Of a DNA stretch of 64,000 nt, positions 37,473 through 46,240 are shown piece by piece. The DNA is taken from IMG/VR virus record IMGVR_UViG_3300046616_000348, positions 1 to 64,000 of that record. The stretch is one strand, 5' to 3'. The position numbers and the translations under genes are program-made. Source of the stretch: a virus. Numbering within the stretch: position 1 is the first letter of the stretch; the number at the start of each line of letters is the position of its first letter. The notes under the pieces were generated by a model. It was given only the letters and a program-made list of their open reading frames with translations, was not told the DNA's origin and made no database searches.

Positions 37473-38792
37473 TCACTCCGCCGCGGCCTTGAGGTCGGCG
37501 GCGACGAGCCGGCCGTCCTCGATGTAGAAGCCCACGTCGCCGGTCTCGTCGACCTCCTCGATCCAGAACTGCATGTCGTGCTTCTCAGCGAACTCGGCGA
37601 TCAGCTGGCGGGCCTGGCTGTCGAGGAGCGAGCCTTCGCGGATCTGGATCACCCGCAGCTTGGGATTGAGCGCCGAGGCGATCGCCACCGAGGCGGTGAT
37701 CTTCTGCGCCGTGGAGGCGCGGTCGAACGGGAGGCCGTCGAGCAGCACCGCGTCGTCCTCGAGCGTGAGCCCCTGGACAGGGATGTTGCTCGCGGCGATG
37801 GCCTTCTGCTGGTCGGCCTTGATGTCGTCGATCGCCTGGGTGAGGCCCTCGGACTTCTTGCGCAGCTCCTCCACCTCGCCGCGCAGGGCGGCACGCTGGC
37901 GGCGCTGGCGGATGTTCTGGCCGATCACCTCGTTCTGCCGACGGGCCTCGTCAATCTTCTCGCGCAGCTCGGACGTGTCCTTCGGGTTGGGCTGGGCGGG
38001 CATGTCCATCAGCGATGCCCGCATGCCCTTCACGTCGCGGTCGGCGGTGATGGCTTCTTGCTCCTTCGCCGCCGCCTGCTTCCGCAGCTCCTCGGCTTCA
38101 CGGTTCAGGCGCTCGACGTCGGCCTCGCGGGTGCTGATCTTGTCGCGGAGGGTCTGGTAGGCGTGGGTGGCTTCCTGGATCCTGGCGTTCTCGGCGCCGG
38201 CGGCTTCGAGCTCGGCAACCAGCGCCGCCTCGTCGATCAGTTCGCTCGGCACGCTGTCGTCGACAACGATGGCCTCGAGCTGCGCCTCGGACCGCTTCAG
38301 GTCACGATTGACGTCGGTGCGCTCGGCGTAGGCGTCCTTCCGGCGGGCCTCGGCGTCGTCGAAGTCGTAGTCGGGCACCAGCGGCTTCAGCAGGGCGAAC
38401 CGCTGCTCGGGCTTGGCCCGCACGAAGGTGAGCGGGTCGAAGGTGAGAGCGCCCATCAGGTCGTTCAGCACCGACTGCGGGTTCGCGTACTTCTTGCCGT
38501 CCTTCCCCTTGACCACGAGCATCTCGAGCGGCTCGTCGTTGTCGCGCTGCCGGATGATCTTCGTCACCTGCAGGTCGCCCAGGTCGACCTCGAGCAGTGC
38601 TTCCTTTTCGCCGAGATGGACCGGCGCCTCTGGGACGTACTTCTTGCCACCGAGCGCGGCCCAGATGGCGTCGAGCACCGAGCTCTTGCCTTGGCCGTTG
38701 GCGCCGGTGATGCGGATGACGTTGCCATCTGGCTGGATCTCGACCGCCTTAACGCGGGCGAAGCCCTCGACCTTGAGAGAGATGATCTTCAT
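37473..38792 (-). CDS. SMC/SbcC-like coiled-coil ATPase
   Basis: ITGANGQGKSS Walker A, long coiled coil, ASTAQ signature, IREGSLLD; start corrected. Confidence 0.9.
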   Translation of the reverse strand: MKIISLKVEGFARVKAVEIQPDGNVIRITGANGQGKSSVLDAIWAALGGKKYVPEAPVHLGEKEALLEVDLGDLQVTKIIRQRDNDEPLEMLVVKGKDGKKYANPQSVLNDLMGALTFDPLTFVRAKPEQRFALLKPLVPDYDFDDAEARRKDAYAERTDVNRDLKRSEAQLEAIVVDDSVPSELIDEAALVAELEAAGAENARIQEATHAYQTLRDKISTREADVERLNREAEELRKQAAAKEQEAITADRDVKGMRASLMDMPAQPNPKDTSELREKIDEARRQNEVIGQNIRQRRQRAALRGEVEELRKKSEGLTQAIDDIKADQQKAIAASNIPVQGLTLEDDAVLLDGLPFDRASTAQKITASVAIASALNPKLRVIQIREGSLLDSQARQLIAEFAEKHDMQFWIEEVDETGDVGFYIEDGRLVAADLKAAAE

Positions 38793-39217
38793 GCGGATGC
38801 CCCTGTGTGGTGCTGCTCGAGGAGAGCGTTGAGGATGGCTTTGGACCCGCCCGACAGCGCGTAGCCGCTGCCGAAGACGGTGTGGATTTCGATCTCGTAG
38901 GGAGCGAGCTTCTTGCGGACGTTCTTCATCACGGTCGTGGCCCGCATCTGCGCGGCCTGCGACGCGTCCTCGTAGAGGAGCATGGCGAGCTCGAACCGGC
39001 TGGCCGCGCTGAACTCGAGGAGGAACGAGACGATCTCGCACTCGAGGTGGGACAGCTTCAGGAAGAGATGCGGAACCTTCGCCACACCACGCCGCGACCA
39101 GAGCCGCGCGTTTTCCATCTCCAGGAAGGTGCAGCGGCGGTCGAGCGTCTCGAGGGCGCCGGTCAGGTAGTAGATGTGGTTCACCAGGTCGGTGATGCGT
39201 TCCTTCGTTGGGGTCAT
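38789..39217 (-). CDS. OmpR/PhoB-type winged-helix protein without receiver domain
   Basis: VRKKL...IHTVFGSGYAL; N-terminal coiled coil. Confidence 0.8.
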   Translation of the reverse strand: MTPTKERITDLVNHIYYLTGALETLDRRCTFLEMENARLWSRRGVAKVPHLFLKLSHLECEIVSFLLEFSAASRFELAMLLYEDASQAAQMRATTVMKNVRKKLAPYEIEIHTVFGSGYALSGGSKAILNALLEQHHTGASA

Positions 39218-39222
39218 GTCGT

Positions 39223-39453
39223 TCACAGCCCGGCGCTCCGCTCGAGGACCGCGCGCTTGCAGCGCTGCCAGGTCCGGTTTTCCATCGTGGTCAGTTTGGG
39301 GTCCGAGCGCCGGCGAAGGCGGGCGCGCAGGCGGCGCAGCAGGCTCTTCATGCGAGCCGGCACCAGTTTCCAGTGCTTGCCGCAGATCCACTCGGAGTAG
39401 GGCTCCTTGGTGGTGCGGCCGCAGAAGGGGACGAGGCAGGGGGTGCGCGCCAT
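39223..39453 (-). CDS. small zinc-finger protein
   Basis: CLVPFC...ICGKHW. Confidence 0.7.
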   Translation of the reverse strand: MARTPCLVPFCGRTTKEPYSEWICGKHWKLVPARMKSLLRRLRARLRRRSDPKLTTMENRTWQRCKRAVLERSAGL

Positions 39454-40569
39454 TCACATCACCACCGTGATGCTGTCGGCCGCCCGGGTGACGCCGGTGT
39501 AGAGCCACCGGGCCGGCTGCTCGCGGGCGACGAAGCTCTCGTCGAACAGGTAGACGCTGTCCCACTGCGAGCCCTGCGACTTGTGGACGGTCAGCGCGTA
39601 GCCGTAGGTGAACTCCTCGTACTTCTTGCGCTGCTGCCAGGTGAACTCCTCCTGGCGGTCCTCGAAGAAGGCGAGGTTGGTGTTCACGGTGGCCTTCGCC
39701 ACGCGGCGGCCTGCGTCCTCCGGGGAGAGCAGCAGGGTCATGTCCCCGCGCTTCGCCGGCGTGACGTTGTCGACGCTGAAGAGCATGCCGTTGAGCAGCT
39801 TCTTCGTGTTGTTGTTCTTTAGGCAGACGACCTTGTCGCCGCGCTCCGGCATCTGGCCCGTCCGCCCCTTCAGGGAGCGGATGCGGGTGTTGTAGGACTG
39901 CCGGGTCTTGTTGGTGCCGACGAGCACCTGGTCGGCGAGCAGGACTTCCTGCCGGTCGATGGCGTCGCGCCTGATCACCTTCGAGCTGCCGTAGGTGCCA
40001 TAGTCGAGCCCGCCACCCTCGCGGATGTCGATCGACATCTGGATGATCGGGCTGTCCTTTGCCTGCCGATGGATGTCGGTGAGCATGATGTCGGGGGTGT
40101 TCTCGGGCGCCGTGAAGAAGCCCGCGCCCTTAACCGGGGGCAGCTGGAAGGGATCGCCGAGGACCAGCACCTTCTTGCCGAAGGAGAGGAGGTCCATCGC
40201 GAGGGTGCTGTCGACCATCGACACTTCGTCGATGATGACGAGATCGGCAGCGCGCACCGCCGACTCGTCGTTCAGCAGCCACTTCGGCTCGCCGCCCTGC
40301 GACATCGGGCCATCGTCTTCCTGACGGTAGATCAGGCTGTGGATGGTCTGCGCGCCGGTGCACCCACGGCGGCGCATCACGAGCGCGGCCTTGCCGGTGA
40401 AGGCGGCGTATTCGACCTTGCCGGCGTCATCGGCGAGGTGCTTGGCGAGGGTGCTTTTGCCGGTGCCGGCCCAGCCGAACAACCGAAACACCTGGGAGGC
40501 GGATGGGTCCTTGAGCCACTTCGCAGCGGCGACGAGGGCGTCATCTTGTTGGGGCGACCACTTTGGCAT
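39454..40569 (-). CDS. RecD/Dda-like SF1B helicase
   Basis: GWAGTGKS, IIDEVSMV, GDPFQLPPV, HRQ, TVHKSQGS, YTGVTRA. Confidence 0.95.
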   Translation of the reverse strand: MPKWSPQQDDALVAAAKWLKDPSASQVFRLFGWAGTGKSTLAKHLADDAGKVEYAAFTGKAALVMRRRGCTGAQTIHSLIYRQEDDGPMSQGGEPKWLLNDESAVRAADLVIIDEVSMVDSTLAMDLLSFGKKVLVLGDPFQLPPVKGAGFFTAPENTPDIMLTDIHRQAKDSPIIQMSIDIREGGGLDYGTYGSSKVIRRDAIDRQEVLLADQVLVGTNKTRQSYNTRIRSLKGRTGQMPERGDKVVCLKNNNTKKLLNGMLFSVDNVTPAKRGDMTLLLSPEDAGRRVAKATVNTNLAFFEDRQEEFTWQQRKKYEEFTYGYALTVHKSQGSQWDSVYLFDESFVAREQPARWLYTGVTRAADSITVVM

Positions 40570-40812
40570 TTATGACCTCGGAAACATGGGGGCGAGCGCG
40601 TCGTCGATGACGGTCGCAACGAACTTCAGCTCTTCGTCGGACATCCCCTGGATCATCCGCGGAGTGACCGGCTGCAGGGCCACGGCGCGGTCCCCTGGAC
40701 GGCGGCGCTCGAGCCCTTTGTCGATTTCAAAGGCGTAGACGAACCCATCCGGAGAAGTGCTCACGGCGAAAATCCGATCGGTGTGATGGTGGGGGTGGCC
40801 GCGCCGTTGCAT
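40570..40812 (-). CDS. hypothetical protein
   Basis: abuts the helicase start. Confidence 0.45.
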   Translation of the reverse strand: MQRRGHPHHHTDRIFAVSTSPDGFVYAFEIDKGLERRRPGDRAVALQPVTPRMIQGMSDEELKFVATVIDDALAPMFPRS

Positions 40813-40873
40813 GCCGGCGCGGCCCTCGCAGCCGCTCTCCCGGGAGGAGGAAAGAGGCGGCTACGTCAGGAGC

Positions 40874-41194
40874 TTAAGCCTTGGGCTTGAAGCGCTCCCG
40901 GAACTCGTCGTCGGGTCGGGCGTATATCTTCCCACCCTCCTCGACATAGATGGTGAGCCGGTCGCCCTCTTTGATCGGCTGGGAGGTCTGGACCTCCACG
41001 CCGGTGTGCTTCACAGCGAAGTCACCGGGCCGGTGCACGTGATCAAACAATGGGAGGTCGTAGGCGTTGCGAAGAAGCTCAACCGCAGCGGCAAACACGT
41101 CCTGTGTGCCCTGGGTGAAGTAACGGCTCTTCGAATAGCCGGTCAGCTCTTCGATCACCCGTGACGTTGAAATCTCCAGCTTCCCCTCAGTCAT
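40874..41194 (-). CDS. hypothetical protein with DUF1653-like C-terminus
   Basis: IY....GKIYARP..EF.ERF. Confidence 0.6.
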   Translation of the reverse strand: MTEGKLEISTSRVIEELTGYSKSRYFTQGTQDVFAAAVELLRNAYDLPLFDHVHRPGDFAVKHTGVEVQTSQPIKEGDRLTIYVEEGGKIYARPDDEFRERFKPKA

Positions 41195-41555
41195 TTTTTT
41201 GGAACCTTCTGTTCATCCGCGCCAAGCGCAAAACCTTGGCTGCCTCTTCAAAATTGCCGCTCACTGCATAGAGCAGCCGTGAAACTTTAACGGGATCGAC
41301 CGATTGTCGCTCCCAGAAGACCCGCTCGCTCATCGAATGTTGTTCGCGGTGCAGGTCGGGGTGGAGTGGAACCACGTATTCGTCATCGGGTTTTTCTCCC
41401 ATGCCGGTGGCCGGTTTGCCGTTCGCCAGATCCCCGTAGCGGATGTGGCAGGCCTCGACCGGGGTGCGTCCGGTGAGCAGGCACGGCAGGGTCCGGATGA
41501 ACTCCAAATGCCTATCGTCGCGAATGCGCGGTCGACGTTTTCCAATACCGGTCAT
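41187..41555 (-). CDS. DUF968/HNH-like nuclease
   Basis: HLEFIRTLPC, EACHIR, GMGEKPDD..VVPL...HREQH. Confidence 0.85.
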   Translation of the reverse strand: MTGIGKRRPRIRDDRHLEFIRTLPCLLTGRTPVEACHIRYGDLANGKPATGMGEKPDDEYVVPLHPDLHREQHSMSERVFWERQSVDPVKVSRLLYAVSGNFEEAAKVLRLARMNRRFQKND

Positions 41556-42259
41556 TAGAAACCCCGATCTGTGAGGTGCATCAGCGCAACCTCTCGGGTG
41601 TCCTGGTCGATCCGGTCAGCCTCGAAGGCCATCCATTTCAGGTAGTCGGTCGGGACGTCCGCCCAGCGGGCTCCCTTGTGCTTGTTGCCGAACTCGCATG
41701 TCGGCTGATGCACGGGCTGCGACGACCAGAGGAGCAGCTCCTCGAGCGTGACCTTGGCGAGCATCCGGACGAGGATGTGGGCGGTCACATGGACGTCGGC
41801 AGCGGCACGGTGGGGAGGCATAGACAGCACGGGGTCGACGGCAAGGCCGAGGTGATAACGGAGGCCCTGGTTCGAGTGCGTCGGCGCAGAGGGGATCATC
41901 CTCTTTGCGCATTTATATGAACACACCCACTGCGACCCCGGTGGGGTTTTAACGAAATGCATATCGAAGCGGCGGTTGTGGGAGGCGAAGACCGTTTCCG
42001 GTCCGCAGCCTTCAGTCGCAAACTCCACAACCGCCGCAGGCACGGGAGCCCCAAGCACGTCGGCATCCACAATGTGGTGGACGGCCGACGCCTGCGCCGG
42101 GATCGGGCAGCAGGGATTGGCGAGCATGGCCCGAGGAGCTGAGATCGTCAGCGTATTCAGGTCGATGTCGCACCACGCGGCCTCCACGAGCCGAGCCCCA
42201 GGATCGTCCTGGAAGCCGGTGGTTTCTGCGTCGATCACCCGCATTCGCGAGAAGGGCAT
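41555..42259 (-). CDS. exonuclease X-like DEDDh 3'-5' exonuclease
   Basis: IDAETTG, HN..FD, HRAAAD; C-terminal FG.KHKG..W..VP.DYL.W. Confidence 0.9.
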   Translation of the reverse strand: MPFSRMRVIDAETTGFQDDPGARLVEAAWCDIDLNTLTISAPRAMLANPCCPIPAQASAVHHIVDADVLGAPVPAAVVEFATEGCGPETVFASHNRRFDMHFVKTPPGSQWVCSYKCAKRMIPSAPTHSNQGLRYHLGLAVDPVLSMPPHRAAADVHVTAHILVRMLAKVTLEELLLWSSQPVHQPTCEFGNKHKGARWADVPTDYLKWMAFEADRIDQDTREVALMHLTDRGF

Positions 42260-42318
42260 TGGAGCACCCGATTTGACAAATTTTGGCGTTGGTTCCTCTG
42301 ATCGCCCACGAAAAACGT

Positions 42319-42333
42319 GAACGTCAGGAGAAC
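42319..42333. promoter_or_regulatory. alphaproteobacterial LexA (SOS) box
   Basis: GAAC-GTCAGGA-GAAC in an AT-rich intergenic gap 60 bp upstream of the exonuclease start. Confidence 0.7.
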
Positions 42334-42388
42334 ATCGAGGAATGAATACCTATGCTTTAATGCACAAGTCTAGGGACAAATTCCTAGT

Positions 42389-43435
42389 TCATTCGTCATG
42401 GTAGCCGTTGAGCCAGACCTGCGCGGCCTGCTCGGACAGCCCCTCGGGAGGGGTCGGTTCGCCACCGGAAGCCTTGAACTGCTTGCCCTGCGAGAACAGC
42501 GCGTCGAGCTCTTCGTCGGTCAGCTTAGGCGTCTCGACGGTGCCGGTTTCCACAGACTTATCCCCAGCCGGAAGGGCGCCGCGCTTCGCGGCATCGCCCA
42601 GCGGATCGTAATCCTTGTCGACGGCCTTCTTGTCCGGGGCGAACATCTCCTCGACCGTCACCTCGCTGGAGCGCAGGCTCTGGAACATGCCCCGCAGGGT
42701 CACGAGGTTCTCAGCCGTCACCTGGGTCAGGCTGTCCACGCCGAGATGCTCGAGGAGCTGCTCGGGCTTCACGCCATAGATACCGAACGCCTTGACCGCG
42801 TCCTCGCGGCGCTGGGGCAGGGTATCGGCGTCGCCGGCGATCAGACGACGGGCAGCCTGGTAGGCCGGGCGATAGATGCTCCGGGGGATGCCGGCCAGGA
42901 TGGCATTGCGCTTGGCAATGGCGCACGCGGCGTTGCCGGTGACGATGATCATGTCGTCGGAGAAGATGCCGCCGCTCCTGGTCGAGATGCGCCTACGCAC
43001 CGTCGCCTTCGAGGCGGAGTTGGTCTCCAGGTCGAGGAACATGCCCTCGGCCTCGACGTACTTCTCGGCACGGTTGACCTCGACGATGTGCGCCTCGTAG
43101 CGGCAGTTGCCGTACTTCTGCGCGGCGATCTCAGCGAGACGGATGCTCGGCCCCTCGATCGCCTTGTTCTCCTCGTCGTCGCCACCGCTGCGCTTCTGGT
43201 TCTTCTTGCCGCGCACCAGAGCGTAGAGGCACTCGGCAGCAGCCTCCTCGTCGATCGTGGCGAGGGCCGTGATCTTGGCGATCACGGCGATCTCGTCGCG
43301 CGGGTGGGCACGGGCCGCGTCCAGCTGCATCTGCAGCGAGGAGGCCGAGACCAGCGCCGAGCCGGTTGGGCGATTGGCAGGCAAATTGGGTTCGCGCACC
43401 GGGACGATGTCCCGGCCTTCATCGTAGTCCTGCAT
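42389..43435 (-). CDS. putative ssDNA-annealing recombinase
   Basis: follows the RecE-like gene; HPRD, IEGPSIRLAE..YGN, DLETN motifs; function inferred from synteny. Confidence 0.55.
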   Translation of the reverse strand: MQDYDEGRDIVPVREPNLPANRPTGSALVSASSLQMQLDAARAHPRDEIAVIAKITALATIDEEAAAECLYALVRGKKNQKRSGGDDEENKAIEGPSIRLAEIAAQKYGNCRYEAHIVEVNRAEKYVEAEGMFLDLETNSASKATVRRRISTRSGGIFSDDMIIVTGNAACAIAKRNAILAGIPRSIYRPAYQAARRLIAGDADTLPQRREDAVKAFGIYGVKPEQLLEHLGVDSLTQVTAENLVTLRGMFQSLRSSEVTVEEMFAPDKKAVDKDYDPLGDAAKRGALPAGDKSVETGTVETPKLTDEELDALFSQGKQFKASGGEPTPPEGLSEQAAQVWLNGYHDE

Positions 43436-43445
43436 GGGGAGCCCC

Positions 43446-44510
43446 TTAGCTATAGATGCCGAAATTGGCGGGGAAATCGCTGTCGTCGAGCACGAGCACA
43501 TCGGGCTCGGGCATCCAGTCCTTGTCGTCGCCGAACTGCTGAACCATCGACTTGTAGATGTGGATGGCGTGCTCGATCTCGCGGGCTGCCGCCTCGAAGA
43601 CGTGCAGCTCGTCGGGGAACTCGACCAGGGTGGACGTCGGCGCACCGGTCGCTTTGACCATCAGCCAAAGCCACTGGATGTTGTCCTTCTGGAACAGCAG
43701 GTCGACGAAGTTGTCCGTCGGCGGCTCGCCGTGGATGGCGAGCTGGCCGGCGAAGTAGAGCTCACGGGCTCGGGCAAAGCCCTTGCGGTAGGCGGCCGAC
43801 TGCAGGTCGTACCGGAAATCGCGGATGGCCTTGATGACGTTCTTCCGCGTCTCGCGCGGCCGCCACGGGCGGTACGACTTCAGGTCGACGAACAGGCCGG
43901 GGTAGACGTAGTCGAAGCGGCACTTCAGGCGGACGCCGTCGTGCTCGTAGAACAGCGAGACTTCGGGCGAGCCGCCGTAGAAGGCGCCGTCGTCCATCAC
44001 GCCGGCGAGCTTCTGGTGCCGGGTCATCCACTCGATCGCGAGCTGGATCTCCTTCGCCATCTTCGCGGTGATGCCGGTGACGCCTTCGGTGAGGCTATCC
44101 TCGAACTGCTGCTTGATCACGTCCCAGATCGGCTGGGTGGCGTCGGCCTCGCGGATCAGCTTCACGCGATCGGCCTTCGTCTTCGTGCCGCGGGTGCTGA
44201 CGCCGTTCTCGGCCAGCCACAGCTTCACGTCCTTGTCGGTGACGATCAGGTTCTTGAAGGTCTTCGGATCGGGGGCGACGCGGTACTTTGCGTCGAACAC
44301 CTCGCGGCCCTCGAGGGTGCGGGCATGGAATGCCGAGCCCCAAGTCTTCTCGTAGCTCTCGGTTTCCTCGGCTGGGTAAAGCCGGTCGAACTGGAACTGG
44401 ATCGGGTCGTTGAAAACGGCCTTGAGGCCGGTCGACCCGAGTGCTGGGTCAGCATGGTAGACGTCGTCAGGAAGGCCGAAATGAAGGCCCAATGGGAGAA
44501 GGTTTGCCAA
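43446..44510 (-). CDS. RecE/exonuclease VIII-like PD-(D/E)XK nuclease
   Basis: YHADPALGSTGLK, GSAFH, EVS, KCRFD, DLKS, YDLQSAAY. Confidence 0.9.
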   Translation of the reverse strand: MANLLPLGLHFGLPDDVYHADPALGSTGLKAVFNDPIQFQFDRLYPAEETESYEKTWGSAFHARTLEGREVFDAKYRVAPDPKTFKNLIVTDKDVKLWLAENGVSTRGTKTKADRVKLIREADATQPIWDVIKQQFEDSLTEGVTGITAKMAKEIQLAIEWMTRHQKLAGVMDDGAFYGGSPEVSLFYEHDGVRLKCRFDYVYPGLFVDLKSYRPWRPRETRKNVIKAIRDFRYDLQSAAYRKGFARARELYFAGQLAIHGEPPTDNFVDLLFQKDNIQWLWLMVKATGAPTSTLVEFPDELHVFEAAAREIEHAIHIYKSMVQQFGDDKDWMPEPDVLVLDDSDFPANFGIYS

Positions 44511-44539
44511 GGTCCGCCGCCAACGGTTTTGTGCTGCGC

Positions 44540-44633
44540 TTATTCACAGCGAATAATCGCAAGCTACCGATGATGACCCACCCCGTCAATACGCAACGTA
44601 TAAGTTTGTTAGAATTTTATCCACAACGCATAA
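44540..44633 (-). promoter_or_regulatory. PL-like promoter with three operators
   Basis: minus-strand TTGACG(44589-44584)-N17-TAGCTT(44566-44561); operators at 44540-44556, 44587-44603, 44617-44633. Confidence 0.8.
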
Positions 44634-44774
44634 ACCAGCCTTGACCGGTCACGCGCGTTCGCGGAGTATGGTTACAGACCTATCCGATAGAATGGAGAGG
44701 GGGAGGGGGGTGCTAGAGCACCCCTCTCCCCTTTCCACGAACAGTAGTAAATAACTGATAGAATTGTCAGTAGG

Positions 44775-45416
44775 CTACAGCGCGCGATAAAGCGCCTCGA
44801 CTTGCCCGAGCAAGCGGCCATCTTCACCCAGCGACACGCCGTCAATCTCAGCGTTGCTGGAGCGCAGCACAAGTGTCCAAGAACCTTCGACCTGGACGCA
44901 CTGCGCCGGGACTAGTTGTCGCAGCTGTCCGCCGAACCCTGTGCGTTCGCAGATGCAGAGCGTATTGGGGGCAGCTTCCTCGACCTCTCGCACCAGCAGG
45001 TAGTCACCTGCGGAGTAGTTGGCCCAGTCCGTGTCCTCCGAGACGCCTACAGCAAACCAGTTCGCATCGGGCCCGCCGGCCACGACGGTGATCTGCAACG
45101 AATCTGCAACAGCGGCATGGATGTCTATGGGCTTCCGTTCCTCCCAGTGGGTGAGGGATATGGTTCCCACCACCGGAGTGCCCCGCATCCCGTCGGACTT
45201 GGGCACTAGGTCGCCCGTCCCGGTGAGTAGCCACTCGAGGGAGACGGCGAATCGTTTGGCGTAAATGGTTGCGTCTTCAACAGAAAATGCCCGGCCACCG
45301 TTTTCGTGGGCGGAATATGTCGGCACTGAAACGCCTAAACGGCGTGCCGCTGCGGATGCAGATGTGAAGCCCGCTGCAATGCGAGCCTGCCTAAGTCTTT
45401 GAGCGCGTTGAGGCAT
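44775..45416 (-). CDS. cI: CI-like repressor: XRE HTH plus degenerate S24 domain
   Basis: RLRQARIAAG..TYSAHENG..WLLTG; divergent from cro; S24-like AGDYLLV without catalytic residues. Confidence 0.85.
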   Translation of the reverse strand: MPQRAQRLRQARIAAGFTSASAAARRLGVSVPTYSAHENGGRAFSVEDATIYAKRFAVSLEWLLTGTGDLVPKSDGMRGTPVVGTISLTHWEERKPIDIHAAVADSLQITVVAGGPDANWFAVGVSEDTDWANYSAGDYLLVREVEEAAPNTLCICERTGFGGQLRQLVPAQCVQVEGSWTLVLRSSNAEIDGVSLGEDGRLLGQVEALYRAL

Positions 45417-45457
45417 TCCCGATCCTCTGATTTCCGCGTTGAATATACGCGAGGCAT

Positions 45458-45501
45458 TTATGCATGTCGTATTGACGAGCTTTATACGTTGCGAATAAGG
45501 T
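45458..45501 (+). promoter_or_regulatory. PR-like promoter with operators
   Basis: TTGACG(45472)-N18-TAAGGT; operators at 45458-45474 and 45482-45498. Confidence 0.75.
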
Positions 45502-45531
45502 TTGGTTGCATCCGAACCGGAGAAATACCTC

Positions 45532-45768
45532 GTGACAAACGAAACTCAGACACTGGGAACGCGGATTAGGACCGCCCGCCAGGGTCTCGGTTGGGGGCAG
45601 GTGGATCTCGCCAAGCATGTCGGCGTGACCCAGGCGACCGTTTCCCGCATCGAGAGCGGCGGCAAGTTCTCGACGTTGGTGGGTCGCGCATTCGAGACGT
45701 TCCTTGCTGACGCTGCATCTGGGGCGATCGCTCCGGCTGCGGAGCCGGCGCCTGCCAACCCCTCCTGA
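45532..45768 (+). CDS. cro: Cro-like HTH protein
   Basis: IRTARQGLGWGQVDLAKHVGVTQATVSRIESG; GTG start after GGAG. Confidence 0.85.
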   Translation: MTNETQTLGTRIRTARQGLGWGQVDLAKHVGVTQATVSRIESGGKFSTLVGRAFETFLADAASGAIAPAAEPAPANPS

Positions 45769-45838
45769 CGCCAACCAGTATCCGCTTCTGCGCGGAGCAT
45801 CTTCCCCACCGTCGGGACAAATTGCCGGAGAGCAACCC

Positions 45839-46231
45839 ATGATGATGACCACCTCGATCTCATTACCGACCACCGCGGCCGCCGATGACCTCGTGACGGC
45901 GACGGCGTGGGTAGAAGGTTTGGAGCGGCGTTTCGCTGCATCCTACGGTTTCTCGAAGGTCGACGCCTGGAAGGCGATCGCCGAGGGCGACAAACAACTC
46001 ACCGTCGGAGCTGTCGAGGGTATTGCCCGTCGGCGCGTCAAGGACGTCTCCACGCGCATCTACCGCGCGCTGCAGAACGTCTTCATCCAGGAACTCACGA
46101 AAGAGATGAAGGGCTTGGAGAGTGAACTTGAGGCAGCTCGGCGCGCTGGTTTGCGCATGGATCCGAGCACGATCGCAGAGGCGCAAGCTGCGCTCACTCA
46201 CGCGCGGCACGTCCTCCACGCCACCCATTAG
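45839..46231 (+). CDS. putative regulator in the cII position
   Basis: HTH-like segment plus coiled coil; position after cro. Confidence 0.5.
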   Translation: MMMTTSISLPTTAAADDLVTATAWVEGLERRFAASYGFSKVDAWKAIAEGDKQLTVGAVEGIARRRVKDVSTRIYRALQNVFIQELTKEMKGLESELEAARRAGLRMDPSTIAEAQAALTHARHVLHATH

Positions 46232-46240
46232 CAGGAAGCT

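Noticed and set aside
37473-40569. SMC-like ATPase plus helicase as a defence system
   Set aside because: Embedded in an ordinary phage recombination operon, with no cognate effector genes
42340-42370. Possible CtrA box or repressor operator in the AT-rich gap
   Set aside because: Only a single TTAA half-site and a poor match to the 17-bp operator
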